Shown: positions 39,254-49,106 of the stretch, in pieces | How positions within the stretch are numbered: the first letter of the stretch is position 1 | Layout of the letters: the number at the start of each line of letters is the position of its first letter | Source: Candidatus Micrarchaeota archaeon | Lineage (GTDB): Archaea > Micrarchaeota > Micrarchaeia > Anstonellales > JAHKLY01 | NCBI GenBank assembly: GCA_020854825.1 | Contig: JAHKLY010000002.1 | Coordinates: forward strand, 31,487-95,486 | Reading direction: 5' to 3' | DNA length: 64,000 nucleotides | The notes under the pieces: model-generated | Seen by the model: the letters and a program-made list of their open reading frames with translations, nothing else | Databases searched by the model: none | Told to the model about the DNA's origin: nothing | Program-made: the position numbers and the translations under genes

Positions 39254-39706
39254 ATGAGATGTCCATATTGTATGTATGAAGATACTAAAGTTATTGATTC
39301 AAGGCAAGATGAGGACATTGTTAGAAGAAGAAGGGAGTGCGAAAAATGTGAAAAAAGATTCACTACTTTTGAAAGAGCAGAAATTGTCGAGTTTTATGTT
39401 ATTAAAAAAGATGGGAGAAGAGAGCTTTTTGACAGAAAAAAATTAAGATCGGGCATAATAAAAGCATGTGAAAAAAGACCAATAAGTCAAGAACAAATAG
39501 AAGAATTAGTTGATATAATAGAAAAAAAATTGAGGCAACGAAAAACATTGGAAGTTAATTCAACTTTAGTAGGAGATTGTGTTATGAAAAAACTAAAAGT
39601 AATAGACACAATTGCATATATTCGATTTGCTTCAGTTTATAAAGAATTTGATGATATTGAGTCTTTTGAAGCAACTCTTGAAAATCTTAAGAATAAAAAG
39701 GGGTGA
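39254..39706 (+). CDS. nrdR: transcriptional repressor NrdR (zinc ribbon + ATP-cone)
   Basis: MRCPYCMYEDTKVIDSRQ...RRRRECEKCEKRFTTFE is the canonical NrdR N-terminus. ATP-cone follows. 150 aa. Confidence 0.85.
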   Translation: MRCPYCMYEDTKVIDSRQDEDIVRRRRECEKCEKRFTTFERAEIVEFYVIKKDGRRELFDRKKLRSGIIKACEKRPISQEQIEELVDIIEKKLRQRKTLEVNSTLVGDCVMKKLKVIDTIAYIRFASVYKEFDDIESFEATLENLKNKKG

Positions 39707-39710
39707 AAAA

Positions 39711-41906
39711 ATGGAAGTATCGCAAATAAGAAAAAGAGATGGGACAATCGTTTTGTTTAATAAACAAAAGATTATTGATGCAATTTGGAAAGCTATGAGA
39801 ACTGTTAATGAAGGAGATAGAGATAGGGCAGAAGAAGTAGCAGATCAAGTAGTTGAATTATTAAATCATAAATTTAGGAAAACAACTTCCCCTACAGTTG
39901 AAGAAATTCAAGACGTTATTGAAGAAGTGTTAATTTTAAATAAGTATGTTAAAACTTCAAAAGCATTTATTTTATATAGAAAACAGCATTCAGATGTTAG
40001 AAGAATGGCTAGTTTAATGAATACAGTAGAAACAATAGAAAAGTATATAGACCAAGCAGACTGGAGAGTAAAAGAAAATGCTAATATGACATATTCATTA
40101 CAAGGATTAAATAATCATATTGCAAGTTTAGTTGTTGCAGAATATTGGTTAGATAAATTATATCCTTCAAAAATTGCATTTGCACATAGAAATGCAGAGA
40201 TACATATACATGATTTAAGTACTTTAGGAGCTTATTGTGTAGGTTGGGATTTACAAGATGTATTGATGACAGGGTTCACAGGAGTGGAAGGAAAGATACA
40301 ATCAAAACCACCCAAACATTTAAGAGTAGTTTTAGGACAAATAGTCAATTATATTTATACATTGCAAGGTGAGACTGCAGGTGCGCAAGCATTTAGTAAT
40401 TTTGATACGCTTTTAGCTCCATTTGTAAGATATGATAGATTAGATTACCAGCAATTAAAACAAACTTTTCAGGAATTTTTATTTAACATGAATGTACCTA
40501 CGAGAGTTGGATTTCAAACACCATTTTCTAATATAACTATGGACCTAACTCCCCATCCTAGTTATAAAAATTTACCTGTAATCATTGGGGGTAAAATGAC
40601 TGACGATGTTTATGGTGATTTTCAAGAAGAAATGAATATGATTAATCAAGTTTTTGCTGAAGCAATGATAGAAGGAGATGCACATGGAAGAATTTTTACT
40701 TTTCCAATACCTACATATAATATTACAAAAGATTTTGATTGGGATTCACCAGAAGTTAAAAAAGTATTTGAAATGACTGCAAAATATGGAATTCCTTATT
40801 TTTCAAATTTTATAAATAGTGATATGAAACCAGAAGATGCCCGCAGTATGTGTTGCCGACTTAGGCTTGACAATAGGGAATTAAGAAAAAGAGGCGGAGG
40901 ATTATTTGGTGCAAATCCGCTAACTGGCAGTATAGGAGTAGTAACGATTAATCTTCCAAGAATTGGATATTTAGCAAGAACTGAAGAAGAATATTTTGAA
41001 AAATTAGATGAAGCAATGGATTTAGCATATACTAGTTTAGAAATAAAAAGAAAAGTATTAGAAAGTTTTACAGAACGTGGATTGTACCCATATTCTAAAT
41101 TTTATTTAAGAAAAATAAAAGAAACTCATAACCAATATTGGAAAAATCATTTTAGTACAATAGGATTAATTGGTATGAATGAGTCTATGATGAATATGTT
41201 TGGTTCTGGGTTATTAGATACTGAAAGTAGAAAATTTGCAATAAAAATTTTAGATTACATGAGAAAAAAATTAGAAGACTATCAGTTAGAGTCAGGCAAT
41301 ATATTTAATTTAGAAGCAACACCTGGAGAAGGAACAACACACAGACTCGCAAAAATTGATAAAACAAATTATCCAAGCATAATTGTAGCTAATGAAGAAT
41401 CCTATCAGGAAAGAGGAGCAGCACCTTACTATACAAATTCAACCCAATTACACGTTGCATCAACAATAGATTTGTTTGACGCGTTGGATATAGAAGATGA
41501 ATTGCAAACCAAGTATACTGGGGGGACCGTATTTCATACTTTTCTAGGAGAAAAAATTCAAGATTGGAAAATGACAAGAGAGTTAGTTAAAAAAATTGCA
41601 CATAATTTTAAACTCCCGTATTTTACATTGACTCCAACTTTCAGTGTTTGTCCCGTTCATGGGTATATTGCAGGAGAATATGAAGTATGCCCTAAATGTG
41701 ATGAAGAAATAGGGTATGCAGGCATGATAAGACAACTTAATCAAGGTAAAACTATAGATCAAGAAATTTTAGAAGCAACAAAGAAAAAAAGGAATTATTG
41801 TGAAGTATATAGTAGAGTGGTTGGATATATACGACCAGTTAAACAATGGAATGCAGGAAAGGTAGAGGAATATAAGGAAAGAAAAGTTTTTGACAAATGT
41901 TTTTAA
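39711..41906 (+). CDS. nrdD: anaerobic ribonucleoside-triphosphate reductase (class III) NrdD
   Basis: N-terminal ATP-cone. C-terminal Zn ribbon CPVHG...CPKCDE. Glycyl-radical motif SRVVGY near the C-terminus. About 730 aa. Confidence 0.9.
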   Translation: MEVSQIRKRDGTIVLFNKQKIIDAIWKAMRTVNEGDRDRAEEVADQVVELLNHKFRKTTSPTVEEIQDVIEEVLILNKYVKTSKAFILYRKQHSDVRRMASLMNTVETIEKYIDQADWRVKENANMTYSLQGLNNHIASLVVAEYWLDKLYPSKIAFAHRNAEIHIHDLSTLGAYCVGWDLQDVLMTGFTGVEGKIQSKPPKHLRVVLGQIVNYIYTLQGETAGAQAFSNFDTLLAPFVRYDRLDYQQLKQTFQEFLFNMNVPTRVGFQTPFSNITMDLTPHPSYKNLPVIIGGKMTDDVYGDFQEEMNMINQVFAEAMIEGDAHGRIFTFPIPTYNITKDFDWDSPEVKKVFEMTAKYGIPYFSNFINSDMKPEDARSMCCRLRLDNRELRKRGGGLFGANPLTGSIGVVTINLPRIGYLARTEEEYFEKLDEAMDLAYTSLEIKRKVLESFTERGLYPYSKFYLRKIKETHNQYWKNHFSTIGLIGMNESMMNMFGSGLLDTESRKFAIKILDYMRKKLEDYQLESGNIFNLEATPGEGTTHRLAKIDKTNYPSIIVANEESYQERGAAPYYTNSTQLHVASTIDLFDALDIEDELQTKYTGGTVFHTFLGEKIQDWKMTRELVKKIAHNFKLPYFTLTPTFSVCPVHGYIAGEYEVCPKCDEEIGYAGMIRQLNQGKTIDQEILEATKKKRNYCEVYSRVVGYIRPVKQWNAGKVEEYKERKVFDKCF

Positions 41907-41912
41907 TTATTT

Positions 41913-42638
41913 GTGTATGAAATAAATGCGGGAGGTCAAAGGATGGAATTTGCATATATACAGAAGACTAGTCTAGTAGATTATCCAGGGAATATTTGTT
42001 CAACAGTATTTACCATAGGGTGTAATTTTAAGTGTCCTTTCTGTTATAATAAATCCTTAGTACTTCCTGAAGAGTTTCCAAGAAATCCTTTAACTGAAGA
42101 ACAAGTTTTATCAACTTTAATTAAAAGAAAAAAATTTGTTTCTGCAGTATGTATTACAGGAGGGGAACCCACAATGTATGATGAATTATATAATTTTATT
42201 AAATCTTTAAAAAATGAAGGTTTTTTAGTAAAATTAGATACTAATGGTACAAATCCTAAAATAATAAAAAAGTTAATAGAAAATAAATTAGTTGATTATA
42301 TTGCGATGGATATTAAAAATTCTTTTGAAAATTATACTCTTACTACAGGTGTAGATACCAATACTGATAATATTCAAGAGACAATTAAAATACTAAAAAA
42401 TAGTGATTTGGAATATGAATTAAGAATTACCATTGTTCCTTCAATTCATAAAATTGAGGATATCGAAAAAATAGGTATGGTATCTGGAGGAAATAATTTT
42501 TCAATACAAATTTTCAAAAGAACAAACACATTAATTGATTCTTCTTTAGTAAATGTTGCTCCTTTTTCACAAAATGAATTAAGTATGTTTAAAAAAACAG
42601 CAGAAAAATATTTTAGCAAAGTAGAGTTAAAAGGGTAA
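41913..42638 (+). CDS. nrdG: anaerobic RNR activating enzyme NrdG (radical SAM)
   Basis: CNFKCPFCYN radical-SAM CxxxCxxC cluster motif. 241 aa. Immediately downstream of nrdD. Confidence 0.8.
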   Translation: MYEINAGGQRMEFAYIQKTSLVDYPGNICSTVFTIGCNFKCPFCYNKSLVLPEEFPRNPLTEEQVLSTLIKRKKFVSAVCITGGEPTMYDELYNFIKSLKNEGFLVKLDTNGTNPKIIKKLIENKLVDYIAMDIKNSFENYTLTTGVDTNTDNIQETIKILKNSDLEYELRITIVPSIHKIEDIEKIGMVSGGNNFSIQIFKRTNTLIDSSLVNVAPFSQNELSMFKKTAEKYFSKVELKG

Positions 42639-43712
42639 ACTCTTTTCTTTGCCAATAATAGTTTTTATGTTAATTAATGCTTCACTAACAGATGAAGGTA
42701 AATCCCATCCATTTCCAACTGCATTAATCACTTTATTTTCTATTTCTAATCTTGCCATTACTGTATATCTATTGCCATATTTTTTAATATGTAAAGCAAG
42801 TTTTCCAATGTGTTTATTATGTTTTGTTAATTTATCTAAAAGTTTTTCCCCTTCATGTATTATTTCTTTTGCAAAAGGTTTGTCATATCTATCTAATCCG
42901 GAGATATTAATTCTAAGTTCTCTTTCTTTTGAGTTAATCATAGTTTCAAATATATCTTTTGTACTAACTAATCCAACAGGTTCTCCATTTAAACATACAA
43001 TTAATGAAGGAACTTTTTTATCTATCATTTTTTTAATTGCTTCTGTCAAAGTTTTTTCTGGAGTTATCATCTCAATTTTAGATTTTATAAATGGACTAAT
43101 TGGTTGTTCCCAAGGATTAATTTTTTCATGTTTTAGTTTTGGTAATCTTTCAGCTGGTTTTATTAATTGTAATCCAATGTCATAAGCACTTAATAATCCA
43201 ATTAATTTTTTATTATCATCAACAACAGCAAGTCTTCTTACTCCATATTTTCTCATTTTTGTTGTTGCTTCATTTGATAATGCGTTTTTATTTATAGTTA
43301 TTATGGGAGAAGACATAATTTCTACAACTCTTTTTTTAGGAATATCTTTTTCTCTTAATAATTCGGTTAATACATCAAATCTAGATAAAGAACCTACAAC
43401 TTTTCCTTTTTTTGTTGTGACTGCTAAGTTTTGAAATCTAACACTAAAAAATGCATTTGATATTTCTAAAATATCTGTATTTTCTTCAAAAATTGTTGGT
43501 GCTTTTTGTGTTATTCGTCCACATGGCGTATTGCTGGGATCTTTTACTATATGTTCTATTGTATGTCTTGTATCTAATATTCCATAATATTTATTATCTT
43601 TAATCACAATTATAGATTCTTTTTTCTTACCTATTTTAGCCTGGGCTTTTGTTATACTATCATTAAAATTTATCAAATTTGCTTTATTAATTCTAACCAT
43701 TTCCTCACCCAT
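42627..43712 (-). CDS. CBS-domain protein (tandem CBS pairs)
   Basis: Repeated CBS-like segments (e.g. VVEIMSSPIITINKN..., LIVCLNGEPVGLVSTKDI). No catalytic domain recognised. Confidence 0.55.
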   Translation of the reverse strand: MGEEMVRINKANLINFNDSITKAQAKIGKKKESIIVIKDNKYYGILDTRHTIEHIVKDPSNTPCGRITQKAPTIFEENTDILEISNAFFSVRFQNLAVTTKKGKVVGSLSRFDVLTELLREKDIPKKRVVEIMSSPIITINKNALSNEATTKMRKYGVRRLAVVDDNKKLIGLLSAYDIGLQLIKPAERLPKLKHEKINPWEQPISPFIKSKIEMITPEKTLTEAIKKMIDKKVPSLIVCLNGEPVGLVSTKDIFETMINSKERELRINISGLDRYDKPFAKEIIHEGEKLLDKLTKHNKHIGKLALHIKKYGNRYTVMARLEIENKVINAVGNGWDLPSSVSEALINIKTIIGKEKSLPF

Positions 43713-43790
43713 TTCTTTTTTTAAATAAAAATGTTTAAAACGGCTACATTTATAAAGGGTTTCTAACCTTAAAATAATAGTTTTGTAATT

Positions 43791-43959
43791 GCAGGGCTGA
43801 CAGATCGGCTATGTGTTCGGCTGCAGACCGAAATAGGGGGGTTCGAATGATCTTTTTCTTTCTTTTGAGAAAAGAAAGAAAAACCTCAACGAAAAAGAAA
43901 GAAAATGAGGTTTCTTAAAAAAAGGAAGAAACAGGAAAGAACAACTCCCTCGCCCTGCT
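43791..43959 (+). tRNA. tRNA-Cys(GCA) with an about 98-nt intron in the T-arm (after the T-loop)
   Basis: GCAGGGC-TG-ACAG-ATCGGCT-ATGT-G-TTCGG-CTGCAGA-CCGAA-ATAG-GGGGG-TTCGAAT[intron]CCCTC-GCCCTGC-T. Perfect 7-bp acceptor and 5-bp anticodon stems. Anticodon GCA. TATA-like TTTATAAA about 35 bp upstream and an oligo-T after the 3' end. Confidence 0.6.
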
Positions 43960-44061
43960 TTTTTAGGTATGTACTCAAAAAATCAAAGAAGAACCTTTTT
44001 AAATATTCTTATATTAAGATAAACTATAAGAGTACTTATTTTTAACCAATCAGGTGATTAT

Positions 44062-44676
44062 GTGGATGATTCTAATAAAGTAAAAACAGGAACAACAACA
44101 TTAGGTCTTGTTTGTTCTGATGGCGTTGTATTTGCTTCTGATAAAAGAGCAACTATGTGGCATTTTATTGCTGATAAAAATATACAAAAAGTATATCCTA
44201 TAACAGATTATATTGCAATAACTACTGCAGGAAGTGTAGGTGATGCACAGGCTTTAGTTAGATATATACAGTCAGATATAAAGTTATATGAAACTAGAGA
44301 AGGAAGAAAAATGACAGTTCAAGGAGCAACAACATTAATGTCAAATATATTATTTGGTTACAAAATGTTTCCATTTTTAGTTCAATTAATTATTGGGGGA
44401 GTAGATAAGGAACCAAGATTATATTCATTAGATCCTGGTGGAGGAGTTACTTCTGAAGATTTTATTTCAACAGGAAGTGGTTCTCCAATAGCATATGGTG
44501 TATTAGAAACTAACTATAAAAAAGATAAATCTATTAAAGAAAACTTACCTTTAGCAGTAAAAGCAATAGCTACTGCTATGAAAAGAGATAGTGCAACAGG
44601 AGATGGAATTGATTTAGTTTCAATTGATAAATCAGGATTTAAAAGATATACAAAAGAAGAGATCGAAAAATTTTAA
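44062..44676 (+). CDS. psmB: proteasome beta subunit (propeptide then catalytic Thr)
   Basis: MDDSNKVKTG-TTTLGLVCSDGVVFASDKRAT: short propeptide followed by the TTT active-site N-terminus. Confidence 0.9.
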   Translation: MDDSNKVKTGTTTLGLVCSDGVVFASDKRATMWHFIADKNIQKVYPITDYIAITTAGSVGDAQALVRYIQSDIKLYETREGRKMTVQGATTLMSNILFGYKMFPFLVQLIIGGVDKEPRLYSLDPGGGVTSEDFISTGSGSPIAYGVLETNYKKDKSIKENLPLAVKAIATAMKRDSATGDGIDLVSIDKSGFKRYTKEEIEKF

Positions 44677-44774
44677 TAATTCACTAACCTCTTTGTTTAG
44701 TTAACCAGGTTTATTTTCAAAATTTGAATAAATTTATAGGTGTATTTTGTTCAAAATATATAGAGAGTGATTTT

Positions 44775-46661
44775 ATGGATTTTAAAGAAATAGAGCAAAA
44801 AATAAGAGAAATTGTCCCTGAGCAATGTGGGATTACAAATATAGAAGCAGAAGGATTAGATGTAGTTATATATCTCAAAAATGTTAAATTATTTTATGAT
44901 TCAGAATATTTAATTAAACGACTTTCTGGAAGCATAAGAAAGAGAATAATAGTTAGGGTTGAGTCTAATTTATTAATGGAACCAGAAAAAGCAGAAACTA
45001 AAATAAGGGAATTAATCCCAGTAGAAGCAGAAGTTCATAAAATAAGATTTGATCCTATTTTTTCAGAAGTTTGGATTGAATCAGTTAAACCAGGATTAGT
45101 TATAGGAAAAAAAGGTATAACATTAAGGAGTATAATAGAAACAGTAGGGTGGACCCCAAAAATATTAAGAGTCCCTACTATGAAATCAGAAACTATAGAG
45201 GGGATAAGAAGTTCTTTATTTAAAGAAAGTAAGAAAAGAAAAAAATTTTTAGAAAAATTAGGTAAAAGTATTTGTAAAAATGTTGAAAAAAGTGAATGGG
45301 TCAAAGCAACTGCCTTAGGTGGATTTAAGGAAGTGGGAAGATCAAGTGTATTAATTCAAACTCAAAATACAAATGTTTTAATAGACTGTGGGATAAATCC
45401 AGTTGTATTTGAAGGATCAAAGGCATTTCCTTATTTAAAATCAATGAATTTAGAACCCTCTGATTTAGATGCAGTTATATTATCACATACTCATTTAGAC
45501 CATACTGGATTTGTTCCATATTTGTATGCTTATGGGTATAGAGGGCCAGTATATTGTACTGAACCTACAAGAGACCTTATGATAATGTTGCAAAGAGATT
45601 ATTTAAACATAGTAAATAGATATGCGGGAGTTACTGCTCCATATGCAGTTAAAGATATTCATGAAGAATTATTACATACAGTTACAATTGGATATAATGA
45701 AGTAGTAGATATATCCCCAGATGTAAAATTAACATTTTATAATGCGGGCCACGTTCTAGGAAGTTCAATGATACATTTACATATTGATAATGGGTTACAT
45801 AATTTAGTATATACTGGAGATTTTAAATTTGGGTTTACTAGATTATGTAATAATGCAAATAATCTATTTCCAAGAGTCGAATCTTTATTTATGGAAAGTA
45901 CTTATGGGGGAAAATTGGATGTTTTACCAGATAGGAGAGAAACTGATGAAAAATTAATTTCAGTAATAAAAGAAGTAACTGATAATGGAGGAAAGGTATT
46001 AATTCCTGCTTTTGCAGTTGGAAGATCACAAGAGGTCATGTTAGTTTTAGAAGATGCATTTCAAAGAGGAGAGTTAAAAGTACCAGTATATTTAGATGGA
46101 ATGATTTTGGAAGCATCAGCAGTACATACTGCATATCCAGAGTATTTAAGGAACACACTTAAAAGAAAAGTTTTATCAAACCAAAGTCCATTTGAATGTG
46201 AAATTTTTGAAATTGCTAGTGATAGACAAGCAATAATTGATGGGGGACCATGTGTTATTATATCAACATCAGGTATGCTTTCTGGAGGTCCGATAATGGA
46301 ATATTTAAGACAATTATCAGATGATCCAAAGAATTTAATGGTATTTATTGGGTATCAGTCTCCTTTGTCGTTAGGACATAAAATACAAAGGGGAGAAAAA
46401 GAGATTCCTTTACTCACTAAAGATGGAAGAAGTGAGATGGTGAAATTAAATATGCGTGTTGAAACTGTTGAAGGTTTTTCTGGACACTCAGGAAGAAGAC
46501 AATTAATGGCATTTGTACATAATATTTCTCCAAAACCTGAAAGAATATTTGTTATGCATGGGGATGAGAAAAAGTGTTTAGATTTAAGTCAATCTATAAA
46601 AAATACCTTGAAAGTTGAAGCACAATCACCGATGAACATGGATACAATTCGTTTAAGATAA
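44775..46661 (+). CDS. archaeal beta-CASP ribonuclease aCPSF1 (FttA-like; KH + metallo-beta-lactamase + beta-CASP)
   Basis: N-terminal KH-like segments. HTHLDHTG MBL motif. Beta-CASP region. Conserved position downstream of psmB. An upstream in-frame ATG at 44724 is possible. Confidence 0.8.
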   Translation: MDFKEIEQKIREIVPEQCGITNIEAEGLDVVIYLKNVKLFYDSEYLIKRLSGSIRKRIIVRVESNLLMEPEKAETKIRELIPVEAEVHKIRFDPIFSEVWIESVKPGLVIGKKGITLRSIIETVGWTPKILRVPTMKSETIEGIRSSLFKESKKRKKFLEKLGKSICKNVEKSEWVKATALGGFKEVGRSSVLIQTQNTNVLIDCGINPVVFEGSKAFPYLKSMNLEPSDLDAVILSHTHLDHTGFVPYLYAYGYRGPVYCTEPTRDLMIMLQRDYLNIVNRYAGVTAPYAVKDIHEELLHTVTIGYNEVVDISPDVKLTFYNAGHVLGSSMIHLHIDNGLHNLVYTGDFKFGFTRLCNNANNLFPRVESLFMESTYGGKLDVLPDRRETDEKLISVIKEVTDNGGKVLIPAFAVGRSQEVMLVLEDAFQRGELKVPVYLDGMILEASAVHTAYPEYLRNTLKRKVLSNQSPFECEIFEIASDRQAIIDGGPCVIISTSGMLSGGPIMEYLRQLSDDPKNLMVFIGYQSPLSLGHKIQRGEKEIPLLTKDGRSEMVKLNMRVETVEGFSGHSGRRQLMAFVHNISPKPERIFVMHGDEKKCLDLSQSIKNTLKVEAQSPMNMDTIRLR

Positions 46662-46702
46662 TCACATAAAGATAGTTTTTTAAACACTTAGTTATTTATT
46701 TA

Positions 46703-47011
46703 TTGCTGGTGATTAATTTGGCTAAAAAAAAGAAAACTAGTGAAGTTGAAGATAAGTTAAAGGCATTAGTTCCAGAACTATTTGATACCTCTGAGGTTTT
46801 TGTTAATTCAGATGATTTATCTGAGGAATCTAAAAGTAAAGTAAGAGAATGGGGCGATAAATTTATGACTAATTGTGAATCAGCTAATACTCCGTTTAAT
46901 ATTATGACAGAAGATGAAAAAAGGGCGTATTTATCGAAAATCAGAAATATAATGAGAGCAACAGAAGCAAAAGAAATAGCTGAAGGTAAACACAAAAAAG
47001 TATCTATCTAA
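46703..47011 (+). CDS. hypothetical charged protein (non-ATG start: TTG 46703 or GTG 46709)
   Basis: ORF with charged, helical-looking composition. Preferred over the antisense ORF 46696..46995. Confidence 0.3.
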   Translation: MLVINLAKKKKTSEVEDKLKALVPELFDTSEVFVNSDDLSEESKSKVREWGDKFMTNCESANTPFNIMTEDEKRAYLSKIRNIMRATEAKEIAEGKHKKVSI

Positions 47012-47756
47012 TAAATTTAGCAGTTAATAATGCAAACAGGCCTCCTAAAATAGGAAAAGTTATTATTGTTATACCTAATCTTGTGATTATTCCATTTAAA
47101 TTTAAAGCAACGTTTCCACCAGATAGTGCTATAATAAGATTTAATAAATTTGTATCTAAGAATCCAAATATACTTGAGACTATTCCATATATTTGAGCGC
47201 CCAAAAATACTTCTAAGGATATAATTAAAATTAAAGACACTAAAGCAGCAACAATTCCGGTTAATGCTCCGGTTATAAATCCTGTTTTAGCACTAATATA
47301 TACTTTATAATCATGTTCTGCTCTTAAGTAAATGATAGAAACTATACCTCCAATTGGGAGAATTATAAAAAATAATAAACTTAGGATAGGAATCCCACAT
47401 AATATTCCAGTTATTGTTCCGACAAATAATACAGGGGTTAAAAGTTCTGCATTAATCTTGTTTGTTTCATTTAGATCTTTTTTTTCATTAAATAATTTTT
47501 GAAATAATCCAGATCCTGCAGGTTTTGAAGAATATGAAGAACTAATTTGTGAGGGAATTCTTTGTTCTGGTTCGTTTTTAGTGCCTGTATTAATTAAAGG
47601 TCTTCTATCTTGTTTAAGCATTTGTATTCCTTTTCTCATGCAATTTTTACATATGAGTTCAGGTGTATCATCTCCAACGCAATCTTTACATATAGCTTTA
47701 TAGCATACTGAGCAAAGACCAACTGCATCTTTTTTTGGATGAAAATAACATTTCAA
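47004..47756 (-). CDS. membrane protein with N-terminal B-box-like zinc finger
   Basis: CYFHP...CSVCYKAICKDC...CKNC N-terminus, then S/P-rich linker and 4-5 TM helices. Confidence 0.35.
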   Translation of the reverse strand: MKCYFHPKKDAVGLCSVCYKAICKDCVGDDTPELICKNCMRKGIQMLKQDRRPLINTGTKNEPEQRIPSQISSSYSSKPAGSGLFQKLFNEKKDLNETNKINAELLTPVLFVGTITGILCGIPILSLLFFIILPIGGIVSIIYLRAEHDYKVYISAKTGFITGALTGIVAALVSLILIISLEVFLGAQIYGIVSSIFGFLDTNLLNLIIALSGGNVALNLNGIITRLGITIITFPILGGLFALLTAKFIR

Positions 47757-47761
47757 ATTAA

Positions 47762-48337
47762 TTACCTCTTAGTTTTCTTTGTACTTTTTCTTTTTACATG
47801 TATCTTTTTATTGCTTTCGTTTTTTTTATTTAATAAACCAATTAAAAAAAAAGGCATAATAAATCCAGCGAGCATACCAGTAATTATTCTTAATATGTTA
47901 TTGCTCTGTCTTATTCCGAGTATTTGAGTAATCCCATCTATTGCTAACGGAGTTATAAAAAGTATAAAAACCCATAACGGAGGAACATATGAATAAGGTT
48001 TTCCTTTATATAAATAAATGATCATCCCCCCAATTAACATAAATAAGAAAAAAGAAACATCTCTCGCACAAACTGGAAGTTTATATCCTATTCCTTGTGA
48101 ATTTTCAACAAATATTTTAGTAGTTAAGTTATTATACATAATTGTTTGATCATAACAATCTCCTATTGTGTTTTCATACATACAAAGCGATCTTTGAGTT
48201 ATTTGATGACAAAAAGGACTAAATATTGAATAAATTAATGGATTTTCAAAAGTTTGGTATATAAATGGAGTTGCCCAAATAAGCAGATTAAATATTACTA
48301 GAATTAAAATATACATCTCTAACACATTGATTTTCAT
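47762..48337 (-). CDS. DUF2085-like membrane protein
   Basis: FCHQITQRSLCMY...PVCARD Cys/His pattern between TM helices. Confidence 0.35.
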   Translation of the reverse strand: MKINVLEMYILILVIFNLLIWATPFIYQTFENPLIYSIFSPFCHQITQRSLCMYENTIGDCYDQTIMYNNLTTKIFVENSQGIGYKLPVCARDVSFFLFMLIGGMIIYLYKGKPYSYVPPLWVFILFITPLAIDGITQILGIRQSNNILRIITGMLAGFIMPFFLIGLLNKKNESNKKIHVKRKSTKKTKR

Positions 48338-48382
48338 AGTTTCTTTATTTCCCTTAAGTTTTTAAATACGTATATATAAAGA

Positions 48383-48793
48383 ATGTATATGGAAAACTAT
48401 GAGTCATTATTAGATAAGGCATATGAAGAAATTCCAAAAAAAGCAAAGACCAGTGAAAGGTTTGAAGTGCCAAAACCAGAAATTTTAGTTGAAGGATCAA
48501 AAACAATAATCAAAAATTTTGATCAAATTTTAATAACTTTGAGATCTAATAAGGATTTGATGATAAAATATTTTAGTAAAGAATTAGCAGTGCCTGTTGC
48601 GATAGAAGGTAAAAGATTAGTATTATATGGTAAGGTTCAGCCAAGATTATTTGTAGAGAAATTAAATACGTTTGTTAAAAAATTTGTAGTTTGCAGAGAA
48701 TGTAATAGGCCAGATACTTCTATTAAAGAAATGGATAAAGGAATTAAAGTAATGATTTGTGAAGCTTGTGGTGCTAGAACTCCTATAAGGTGA
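48383..48793 (+). CDS. eif2b: translation initiation factor aIF2 beta subunit
   Basis: ILITLRSNKDLMIKYFSKELA...VVCRECNRPDT...CEACG zinc-ribbon C-terminus characteristic of a/eIF2beta. Confidence 0.8.
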   Translation: MYMENYESLLDKAYEEIPKKAKTSERFEVPKPEILVEGSKTIIKNFDQILITLRSNKDLMIKYFSKELAVPVAIEGKRLVLYGKVQPRLFVEKLNTFVKKFVVCRECNRPDTSIKEMDKGIKVMICEACGARTPIR

Positions 48794-48797
48794 ATAA

Positions 48798-49106
48798 ATG
48801 GAAGATGATGAAAAAAAAGTAATGCGTGTTAGACTCCCAAATGAAAAAGATGGTGAAATGTTTGGATTAGTAATAAGTTTATTAGGTGCAGGAAGATTAT
48901 TAGTTTCTTGCGAAGATGGCAATGAAAGAGTTTGTAGGATACCTGGGAAAATGAAAAGGTTTATCTGGGTTAGAGAAAGTAATTATGTTATTGTTAAACC
49001 TTGGGAAATTGAGAGAGATAAAAAAGGAGATGTAATCTGGAGATATAATAAATTTCAAGAAGATTGGTTAAAGGCAAAAGGGCATTTAAAAAATATCGAA
49101 TTGTAA
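48798..49106 (+). CDS. eif1a: translation initiation factor aIF1A
   Basis: S1-like OB with RIPGKMKRFIWVRESNYVIV. About 100 aa. Confidence 0.85.
   Translation: MEDDEKKVMRVRLPNEKDGEMFGLVISLLGAGRLLVSCEDGNERVCRIPGKMKRFIWVRESNYVIVKPWEIERDKKGDVIWRYNKFQEDWLKAKGHLKNIEL

Noticed and set aside
42649-43185. 178-aa + strand ORF overlapping the CBS-domain gene
   Set aside because: Antisense shadow ORF. The minus-strand gene has recognisable CBS repeats.
46696-46995. 99-aa minus-strand ORF overlapping 46703..47011
   Set aside because: S/L-rich low-complexity antisense translation. The + strand ORF has a protein-like charged composition. Neither has an ATG start, so the + ORF call is itself low confidence.
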